Positions 54,436 through 64,000 of a stretch of DNA of 64,000 nucleotides are shown here, piece after piece. The notes beneath the pieces were generated by a model that did no database searches, was not told where the DNA came from, and was given only the letters and a program-made list of their open reading frames with translations. The stretch covers positions 12,321,432 to 12,385,431 of the forward strand of contig NC_092679.1 of the NCBI RefSeq assembly GCF_964355755.1. The letters run 5' to 3'. The position numbers and the translations under genes are program-made. Numbering within the stretch: position 1 is the stretch's first letter; the number at the start of each line of letters is the position of its first letter. This stretch comes from Antedon mediterranea (Eukaryota; Animalia; Echinodermata).

Positions 54436-55406
54436 AAATATACAGTTATTACGTCGGCCCAGAGCCGCCTTAAGTGTAAAAACTCAAAACCAAAGTTTTG
54501 TTCACAGCCAGTGTTTTAGGTCGGCCCAGGGGTTGCCTTTCGAACGTTCACAACGGTTGTTTTCCGCCGAACAGGAAGATTCAGGCAGCTCGCTTGGCAT
54601 GCTGGGAAGGGGATATTCTCAAAACACAATATAGTTGACCCTATGAAGGCGACCCAAACAATTTCAATCATTATCCAATATGACACATTACACATGAGTT
54701 AAAGCAGATGTTATAAACATCTGTATTATTTAATATACAGCCGAGAATGTTACATTCTATTTTCACTCCTTTCTGCATTAATTAATATTTACATTTTATA
54801 AAAATAGATGGGAAACCACCACGAAAGATTGAAATATATATCATTATTTCTATTGACAGTCGATTCTCAAAATTTTCATCAATGCAACAACATACTCCCG
54901 CCCTGGCTAGTAATTATATACAAGGCCCTTGTTGCCTTTACTATATAAGGAAGCGGCGCGACCCTAGGATGGGTAGGAGGAGAGTTTGCAGGCTTATTAT
55001 ATGTACACAGCGTTAAAAGCTTCACAACATATATAAATAAATCCAGGCTATTACTCAATATTTTTTACATCAAGTTTCTGCTTTAATATGATTTGTAAAA
55101 ATATGTTTTCAATCAATACAATGAATCAATGTACACTTATGTGGATAATGAAACAATGCAAAATTATAATTTTAATGATAATGATATAATGATGATAGTA
55201 ACGAGAGAATAAATACTTTCACCCGAACCATAAAAAATCCACCCTGGCTACGGGCCCGAATTGGCTGTCGGACATAACAAAAGTTTAAACTTGATTGCGC
55301 TCTAAAAAAAAAGAACTGAATATATTAAAAAACGATATTCAATACATAAAAAAAACCTCATATGCTCAAACTATAAGTAAGCTCGCAACCTATTAGTAGT
55401 AAAAGA

Positions 55407-56132
55407 GGTACTTTAGCCCAAAGTTGACCTTGGGGTATTTCATGGTGGTTGCGCAATAGTTATGTAATTTCCACCAGATGTTTCTAATGAAGGTCATTCA
55501 TGTCCTGGTACTTCAACCCAAGGTTGACCTTGGTGTATTTCCTGGTGGTTACGTAATAATAATAATAATAATAAATAATATATTTATACAGGATAAAACA
55601 ATCAGATAACAGTGTATCTGTTTTACATCGTGGTCCTGTCTTAATCAAAATATACAAAAAGAGAAACTTAATTAAATATAATACATGTCAGTTTTTTATG
55701 AAAAGGAATGAGCTTTGTATCTAGCCTTAAAGGACGTAACTGTTGGGGCCGATTTAATATTAACTGGTAAATTGTTCCATATTTTTGAGCCTGCAACTTT
55801 AAAGGACGAATGTAATTTCCACCAGATGTTTCTAATGAAGGTCGTTCATTTCCTGGTACTTCAGCCCAAAGTTGGCCTTGGTGTATTTCCTGGTAGTTAC
55901 ATAATAGTTATATAATTTCCACCAGATGTTTCTAATGAAGGTCGTTCATTTCCTGGTACTTCAGCCCAAGGTTGGCCTTGGTGTATTTCCTGGTAGTTAC
56001 GTAATAGTTATATAATTTCCACCAGATGTTTCTAATGAAGGTCGTTCATTTCCTGGTACTTCAGCCCAAAGCTGGCCTTGGTGTATTTCCTGGTAGTTTC
56101 GCAATAGATATGTAATTTCCGCCAGGTGTTTC
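55407..56132. repeat. 100-bp tandem repeats in the putative Polinton TIR
   Basis: Units starting ggtact at 55407, 55507 (interrupted), 55855, 55955, 56055. Confidence 0.92.
55556..55810 (-). mobile_element. 5'-truncated LINE (CR1/L2 group) 3' end inserted in the 100-bp repeats
   Basis: Minus strand encodes SFKVAGSKIWNNLPVNIKSAPTVTSFKARYK (ORF2 C-terminal WN.LP motif), then a 3' stem-loop and a (TTA)n tail. Confidence 0.75.
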
Positions 56133-56303
56133 TTTGTCTCTTATTTATTAATTTTTCGGCGCGATGTTCTGGTACGTGGTGAGTGACGTCATTACTTTAT
56201 TTACGATTTAAGACGGTGAAACAAAGTGAAGCGGCTATTGTTGTACTATTTTCCAGTTGTTTTGTCTATTTTTGCGTAGAGTATCTCTTTACAGTATTTC
56301 ATT

Positions 56304-56567
56304 ATGTCTGAAAGTATATATTTTTCGCAAGGGAGTTGTGCAGATAATGTTATAATAATTAGCGATGATGAGGAGACTGTTGTTCCAGGCAGTGATAGAT
56401 GATCGTTACACGGGGGGGTCGAAGAGGTTATCCCCGCCGGTATAGTTGAAGGAGTCGAGAGGAGTAAAAGGCCTACAAGTTGTATATTTACGTACGTAGA
56501 CGAGGTGGAGAGAGAATTTTTGCTGAAAATGGAGCGTTTGATTAAACAACCAGTTGTTTCCTTTTAA
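56304..56567 (+). pseudogene. Small acidic ORF (88 codons) interrupted by an in-frame TGA at 56400
   Basis: MSESIYFSQGSCADNVIIISDDEETVVPGSDR*SLHGGVEEV...QPVVSF*; the frame stays open after the TGA. Confidence 0.4.
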
Positions 56568-56863
56568 TTGCTTTCAGTGCTTCCCGTTTAGGTATAATAA
56601 ATTATTTTTCTGGCGCGTATTTTTGATTTGTCCTTTCACTACATCTCTCAATTTTTTCCTTTGTTGTTTTAATTAAGGTGTTTCCTGTGTCCATGTTTTC
56701 CGTTTGGTCGAAGGCTAAATGCTAATGGTCACTGTTGTGGGAGGATCTTCCTAATTATGTAAGGGCTGTTTGACCAATCTTAATAGCGGACACATTTCCT
56801 AAAGGAAGTTCCAAGTACCTTTGTTTGCATAAATTATTAAATTTAATTAGTGTCATGGGATGG

Positions 56864-56870
56864 TATAAAA
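56864..56870 (+). promoter_or_regulatory. Candidate TATA box for the pPolB gene
   Basis: TATAAAA about 75 bp upstream of the ATG at 56940. Confidence 0.4.
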
Positions 56871-56939
56871 ACAGCGTAAGTGTGGGTAATTTTTCATACG
56901 CTTACTGATTATTCTAGACTTATTACTGATTTTTTTACA

Positions 56940-59900
56940 ATGGCTCATTACGAATCATCATCATCATCTTCCGATTCTAACGATAGCTTGTTTATCGAAT
57001 GCCAGAGAGCAGTAGAAGCTATCGTTAGTTTATCGCGAAACAATATCGAAAATATCGATACCGACGATGTTATCCCCGATGTTGACCTACTAGAAGATTT
57101 CGTATTTAATGACCAGGATCTTGATTTAGATGTTAGCCAGAGTTTTTCCGAAGCCGATAGCCTCTCACTTTCGGATATTTGTAATAACGCTATTGAGATA
57201 GTGCAGGAGCTATCGGCTAATTTGCGTATTGATGACGTAGAAGTAAGTGTTTGTTTATTTTATTTTTACGTAATATTTATTTTACCGTGTATAATTCTTA
57301 AAAAGTAGATTGTGTGTAACCGAACGTGTGTTTACAGCGTTTTACGGCTTCTTTGTGTTTCTTTCTAAGTTATTTATTTATTTTTAAAATTTTTTTGTTT
57401 ACCGTGTATATCTCATAAAGTAGTAGTTTATGTAATTGGGGCATTTACAAAGTGTTTCTGCGTTTACGGTTTATATACGTTTTCCTTTCTAATTTATCTA
57501 ATTATTTTTTTTCTGTATAGTACGGTGTTGGTGCTCACACCAAATGTTTGAGTTTGAGAGGAAACGTCGAGATTAATGATTCAGCGGAGTCTTCGATTAT
57601 TGAGGTAACTATCGTTTTATTTTCTTTACTACTGCTGTTGTTGTTGTTGTTGTTGTACAACGTCTTTTATTTCTTTTTCTTTACCGTTTTTCTCTTTTTG
57701 TTTTCAGCCTGCACCCATACAATACGGAAGGGGCGTTAATAGAAAGAGGCTCAGAATCGAAGACGGAGAAGAAGAAGAAGAAGAATTTGCCGATATTGAT
57801 ACCGTTGAAGACGAGGATCTTAACCTTGATGAGGTAGAGTTGAATCACTTCTGTAGAATCGTTCAAGTAGCTGATAGGTATAATCAACGTTTTAACGCGA
57901 CTATTAGCGATTTTTTAGTAAATTTTTTTAATATTGATCATATAAGTTTAGAGGTGTTTCTGCCCACACTGTATCGAATTTTCGAGCATGTCGTCGATAA
58001 TCTCTGCGTTAACGTGCATGTCGACGACATGCTTCGAATAGTCATACAGGCTGAGGGGTTAGATTCACCTATCTCTATCCCTTTTGGACGGAGGGGCCAT
58101 CTTACGGCTGACGTTATTTTTGCAGCCATTATGAAGGTCCTTCAGTCCAAAACGGATATTTTTATTAATAACAAGTTTAAATTTAACGTTCTTCACATGA
58201 GAATGCCTAGGGGTGGGGGCTATAGAAGAAACGGTATCGACATATTGTTAAATGCTAAATGTATAATTAAGATTATGAATGATGATAACGAAACTATCTG
58301 CTGCGCACGCGCTATTGTTACGGGTATTTCTATGCTCGAAGATAAAATTAACAACGTGGCTAGATGGAATAACATTAGGCAAGGTAGGGGTCAGCAAAAA
58401 ATAGCCGCCCTTCATTTACTTAGAGATTCGGGGGTTAGGGAGCAGACATGCGGCATCGAGGAAATAAAAAAGATGCAATCAAAATTACCAAATTATCAAA
58501 TTATTGTCATTTCAAAAGACAATTTAAATTCTGTCATTTTTAGCGGCGATTATAGAAAGAAGCAGATATATCTTTATCATCATTCTAATCATTACGATCT
58601 CATAACCACAATGACAGGTTTTCTAAAAATTGACTATTTTTGCGATAGATGCCATAAGGGGTATATTCACAAGTACCAACACAATTGTCAATTTACGTGC
58701 GTGCTGTGCAAGCACAACGACTGCCCCTCTTCTAATTCTTTTGAAAATAGAGAGAGTAGAATAGAATGTAAAGAATGTAATAGATTTTTTAAGGATAGGC
58801 AATGTTTCACCAATCATAAACAATCTCCTGATTCTAAAAAAGTTTCAGTATGTGACAAAATTAAAAATTGTTCAATTTGTAATAGGATCGTTCAAAAAGA
58901 TCACAATTGTCAAAACCGTTTTTGTAGAATTTGTAGGACTTTCGTTTCATACGATCATCAATGCTACATGGAACCGGTTGTAGCCCCTAAGCATACTGAA
59001 AAAAAGTTTAAGAATCAGGAGGCCCGTAACAGAGCTGTCACTAAATATTTCTTTTTTGATTTCGAATGCACGCAAGATACAGGCGAACACAAACCAAATT
59101 TATGCGTTCTTCAAAAAACTTGTCTTAATTGTATCGACGGCGCTAATGATTCCGCCGATTGTGACGTGTGTGGGGATAAAACAGTGGTTTTTCACGGGGG
59201 GTCTGCATGCGAAGATTTCTGCAATTACGTATTCAAAGATTACAAATTTAACGAGAATATTACGTGTATCGCTCACAACTTCCAGGGTTATGATAGCTAC
59301 TTCGTGCTCAACTACCTGTACGAAAACTCCATTGTACCGGATGTAATTGCTCGCGGTGGTAAACTTATTTCGATTAGGACTAAAGAAACGAGCATTCGAT
59401 TCATCGATTCCCTTTCATTTCTGCCCATGCCTCTATCCAAATTGCCCAAAACTTTTGGCATCTCCGAACTTAAAAAGGGTTACTTTCCTCATTATTTCAA
59501 TTCTTTAGAAAACCAAAATTACGTAGGTCCTTACCCCGATTCTTCAAATTATTCCCCCGATAAAATGACTACTTCAGGCCGAGAATCTTTCTTTAAATGG
59601 TACAACCAGAAAATTGATAGTAATCAAGTATTTGATCTTAAAAAAGAACTCGTCGAGTATTGTATCAGCGATGTAGATATTCTCAGAAAGTGTTGTCTTA
59701 CTTTTAGACATCTTTTTTTGAAAGTAACTATATCGCCGAAAAACCCTCTACTCGGCGGTGTTGACCCCTTTTCAAATAATTTAATGACAATTGCCTCAGC
59801 GTGTAACCACGTATTTTCTAGAAATTTTTTAAAACCATCCACCATCGCTCTATTTCCACCATCAGGGTATCTAACAACCGTTAACCATTCTCACTCTAGC

Positions 59901-61643
59901 ATGGAATGGCTGTGCTACGAGTCGCATAAAAGGGGGGTCTTTATCCATCATGCCAGAAATGGAGGGGAAAAAATGTTTGGGCCTTACTCCGTCGACGGCG
60001 CATGTTTAGAAAGCAAAATAATTTTCGAGTTTATGGGTTGTTTTTTCCACGGGTGCCAAGATTGTTATAGACCCGATTCCATTAATCCCTTCAATAACGA
60101 GACCATGTTGGAATGCTTTGTCAAGACAAGCAAGAAAACACGGTTTCTGAAGGAACAATTTCCAGATTTCGAATACGTCGAAATTTGGGGACACGAATGG
60201 AACCGGATCAAACAATCGTTGGCCCCAAACATTAAATCTATCGTCTCCAAAGTTCCTTTAATTAGGCACACTTTGAATCCAAGAGACGCGTTTTTCGGTG
60301 GGAGGACTAATGCCAGTTGTTTGTTCTATAAGGTAAAACCGGGTGAAGAAATTAATTACATAGATTATACCTCCTTGTACCCTTATGTAAATAAATACGG
60401 TACCTACCCCGTAGGGCATCCTGAAATCAATGATCGCAACGACATGTCCACGGATATCAACGATTATTTCGGCTTGATAAAGTGTACAATCGAAGCGCCT
60501 AAAAAATTATTCCATCCGGTCTTACCTTATAGATCAAACGGTAAATTAATGTTTGCTCTCTGTAGAACATGCGCCGATTCCCAACAACAAACCGCTTGCA
60601 ATCATTCCGGTACAGATAGAGAATTTACGGGTTCTTGGGCAACGATCGAAGTCGCTAAAGCCGTGGAAGTTGGGTACGAGATACGTAAAGTTCACGTAGT
60701 GTGGCACTTTAAAAATAAAAGCGCTTACTCTGCAGATTCTCCCTCGTCCGGTCTATTTGCCTCTTACATTAACACCTTTTTAAAATTGAAACAAGAAGCT
60801 TCGGGCTGGCCTGAATGGTGTAAAACGCCCGAAGGTAAACAAAAATACATTTCGGACTATCGAACCGTAGAAGGTATCGACTTGAATCATGACGACATTG
60901 CGTACAATCCTGGGCTTCGATCTCTGGCCAAATTAATGCTAAATAGTTTTTGGGGTAAATTTGGCCAGCGTGAAAATCTCACGAAAATTAAATATACGCA
61001 AGATCCTAACGAGGTTTACGATATTTTATCGAACCCTGGGATAACCGTTCATGACATAAATTTTGTTAATGATAATTTGGCGGAGGTAAAATACGAGGAC
61101 GAGGAACAATTTGTAGAAGTTAACCGAAAGGTTAACGTTGTCATTGCCGCATTTACCACAGCGTTAGCGCGTTTAAAATTGTACGAGCTGTTGGAACAAT
61201 TGCAGGAGCGCGTCCTGTATTATGATACCGACAGCGTAATCTTCGTATCAAAACCCGGGGATTGGGACCCTCCCCTGGGCGACTATTTGGGTCAGTTAAC
61301 GACCGAGGTCGATCCTAAAGAGGGTAAATTCATCGAGTCCTTTGTTTCTGGGGGGCCTAAGAACTACGCCTATAAATTGGATACGGGGAAGACCGTTTGT
61401 AAAGTTAAGGGTTTTACCCTTAACTTTACAAACGCTCAGAAAATTAATTTTGACACCGTCTCCAATATGGTAAGGGGTGTTGGCCCCGATACAATCAAGA
61501 CGGTTGAGAAGAATCGCATAACGCGCAAGCCAAAAACACGAAAGATAGTCAACGAAACATCGACTAAAGACTATCGAATCGTGTACGACAAAAGAATTAT
61601 TATCGAAAATTATCGTACAGTTCCTTACGGGTATGTTTGGTGA
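56940..61643 (+). CDS. polB: Protein-primed family B DNA polymerase; predicted exons 56940-57242, 57521-57604, 57708-61643; about 1440 aa
   Basis: Exonuclease motifs FFDFEC, AHNFQGYD, YCISDVDIL; polymerase motifs DYTSLYP, KLMLNSFWGKFGQ, YYDTDS; zinc-finger clusters. The long ORF has no early ATG, and two phase-0 GT-AG introns join it to upstream exons. Confidence 0.93.
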
Positions 61644-61733
61644 ATCACGGCCATAAATTTCTTTTTTAAAATGTAAACATACTTTGTTATAGATAATTAT
61701 TTGTTACTCTTTTTACATTCTTTACCGTACTCT

Positions 61734-61767
<34 letters not shown>

Positions 61768-61839
61768 GTTTGAATTTGTAGTTTTAATGTAAATATTTTT
61801 ATACCTGTTTTAATATAAATAATTTTTATACCCGTTTTT

Positions 61840-62375
61840 TAAAGTCGAATTTTTGCGGGGTTAAGTAAATATATTTTTAAATATTTTTCCGCTTGATTTT
61901 CTTTTGTCGATACCGTTTCTCTTTTTGTAGATTAAGTACATATATTTCGTAATTTTAATTTAAATATTTTACCACTTGAATTCTTATGTCGATACCGTTT
62001 CTCCTTTTTGTAAATTAAGTAAATATATTTTTCCACTTGAATTTCTTATGTCGATACCGTTTCTCCTTTTTGTAGATTAAGTAAATATTGTTATAACTGT
62101 TTTAATGTTAATAAATTTTATACTTATAATATCTATTTTTATAGATTAAGCAATATTTCTGTAATTTTAATTTAAATATTTTACCACTTGAATTCTTATG
62201 TCGATACCGTTTCTCTTTTTTTTTTTTTGTAGATTAAGTAAATTTTATACTTATAATATCTATTTTTATAGATTAAGCAATATTTTTTGTAATTTTAATT
62301 TAAATATTTTTCGACTTGAATTCTTATGTCGATACCGTTTCTCATTTTGCGGATTAAGCAAATACATTTTTGTAA
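61840..62375. repeat. Degenerate tandem repeats between the converging polB and Bcl-2-like genes
   Basis: Core tgtcgataccgtttctc recurs five times (about 61906, 61987, 62049, 62199, 62327) with gattaag/aaatattt modules. Confidence 0.8.
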
Positions 62376-62601
62376 AGTTATTTTTGTTTTATACGAAATT
62401 TGAAATAAATTTAATCACTGTACTTGTTTTATAATATATATACTTGGCTGTTTCTTAATGTTGACGTAGACGATGACGATAACAAACAACAACAACAATA
62501 GACGTACGTAATGGTGACTGTAATTTTTTATTTTATCGTATCCAATATAAATATTGTAATCTCTCCTCTTTCTCGTTTAAATTTTTTTTATTTATCCGAC
62601 G

Positions 62602-62776
62602 TCACCAAACAATTCGTTCCAGCAAGGCCTTATAAAAGCCTACTAGCCAGTCGATCAAGTACCATGCTTTGTTAATTCCTAGCTTCGTACTACATAGAAC
62701 AAGTTCCTATAAAAATAATAATAATAAATAAAAGATAATATAGAAACACTTGATTACCGAAAAATGAGAATAATTG

Positions 62777-62813
<37 letters not shown>

Positions 62814-63181
62814 AATTTACTTACCAAATCACTGTCGTTACAAAGTTCTAACGAGGAAAACTTTTCCTTCACAAATTCGCAAGAAACGTGTAAAACGTTT
62901 TCTAATTCTAAACCAGTAGCACACTGCGTGGCAACACTTGCGCACACTGAAATTCCTGTCACGAGTCTACCGACGTGTATGTTTTGATCAATCATCATTT
63001 GTTTCAGCACACTATCCAGCGTCTCCGAAGTAATTTCGTTACACAATGCAATCAATCCATACTTTTTCTCCACCTCGTTACAAAGGCGAATAGTACTATG
63101 GAGGATTGGGGAATCCCACACAACTTTCCCCGTTAATTTATATTCAATGTACGATAAAGTTAGTTTTTCCAAATCTGCCAT
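62602..63181 (-). CDS. Bcl-2-family-like protein, two exons (63181-62825, 62706-62602), 153 aa
   Basis: BH4-like LEKLTLSYIEYKL, BH3-like IRLCNEVEKKY, BH1-like VLKQMMIDQNIHVGRLVT. A 118-nt GTAAGT...TTTATAG intron; exon 2 is open in phase 0 and ends AWYLIDWLVGFYKALLERIVW. Confidence 0.72.
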
Positions 63182-63390
63182 TTCTCTCTCTATTAGTACA
63201 CGGCCGTTAATGACGTTGGAATTGATTTTTAGGTTTTGATATACAATCAATCGTTTACGTAATTATCTTTATTAATCTCCTATTGGTTTATATTCTCGTC
63301 TCCCTTCCCCTTTCATTTATTCTATATTGGGTTGTTATACCTCGTTATAAAGTACCGATATACAAAGGCGATGAATCATTAAAACTGAAG

Positions 63391-64000
63391 ATGACGTGTG
63401 TACTGGTAACCCCCTTCACCGCCGTAATTAGTGGACCGACCTCATCGGGGAAATCATATTTCGTGAAGCAATTATTGGAAAGCAATTATTTCGATAAGCC
63501 GTTCGATGACATCACGTGGTGTTATGGTGAATATCAACCCCTTTTCACCGAACTGAGCGGGTCTATTAACAACATTCAATTTATAGAAGGAATACCTATG
63601 GATTCGATAGAAACGATGGAACCGTCAAAAAACCATTTAGTAATCATCGATGATTTAATGACCGAGTGTAGTCGCGATAAAAGAGTGGTAAATATGTTTA
63701 CAAAGGGGTCGCATCATAGAAACATTTCGGTTATGTTCATTATGCAAAACTTTTTCTACGGTTCTAAAGAAATCCGTACCATCACTTTAAACGCTCACTA
63801 TATAATACTGTTTAAAAACCCTCGGGATAAATCTCAAATAGCTAACCTATCCAAACAAATGTACCCCGGCAAAGGACGATTTCTACAGGAGGCTTTTGAA
63901 GACGCTACCCGTGTACCGTACGGCTTTCTTTTAATCGACCTAAAAGCAAATACTCCGGAGGAGATGAGAGTTAGAAGTAACATATTTTCAAAAAATAATC
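63391..64000 (+). CDS. Polinton genome-packaging ATPase (A32/FtsK-like), truncated by the window end
   Basis: Translated by hand from the ATG at 63391: PFTAVISGPTSSGKS (Walker A), LVIIDDLM (Walker B), FTKGSHHRNISV, LFKNPRD. Confidence 0.93.
   Translation, partial: MTCVLVTPFTAVISGPTSSGKSYFVKQLLESNYFDKPFDDITWCYGEYQPLFTELSGSINNIQFIEGIPMDSIETMEPSKNHLVIIDDLMTECSRDKRVVNMFTKGSHHRNISVMFIMQNFFYGSKEIRTITLNAHYIILFKNPRDKSQIANLSKQMYPGKGRFLQEAFEDATRVPYGFLLIDLKANTPEEMRVRSNIFSKNN

Larger units (their letters stand above)
55395..64000 (+). mobile_element. Left arm of a Polinton/Maverick (endogenous dsDNA virus-like element), continuing beyond the window
   Basis: AGTAGT start typical of Polinton TIRs, subterminal tandem repeats, pPolB and A32-like ATPase. 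Confidence 0.9.

Noticed and set aside
54061-54519. Three overlapping repetitive ORFs
   Set aside because: Artefacts of a 22-bp minisatellite.
57938-60271. Short antisense/alternate-frame ORFs within polB
   Set aside because: Shadow ORFs of the long coding region.
62690-62824. Poly-Phe C-terminus of the 186-aa ORF as a membrane anchor
   Set aside because: It is read-through of a poly-T intron bounded by GTAAGT and TTTATAG.

Overview
AT-rich, intron-containing eukaryotic DNA, probably from a marine invertebrate (inferred from the FReD gene family and the transposon repertoire). 1-12.5 kb: two tandem fibrinogen-related (FReD) genes. One is complete (signal peptide + PAN/apple + FReD, 4 exons); the other has no first exon in this window. 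13.5-38.8 kb: a 25-kb stack of 16 co-oriented non-autonomous Helentron/HINE-like elements of several families. They are inserted into one another at a microsatellite next to their 5' end, and the termini close largely in last-in-first-out order. 38.9-52.8 kb: a Gypsy LTR retrotransposon with identical 160-bp LTRs and a 5-bp TSD. It is interrupted by a 4-kb long-TIR element and a 5.2-kb Chapaev-type element whose bipartite ends are asymmetric. From 55.4 kb to the window end: the left arm of a Polinton/Maverick, with an AGTAGT terminus, 100-bp repeats, a spliced protein-primed PolB, a spliced Bcl-2-like gene and a packaging ATPase. All calls were made by eye; no database searches were run.
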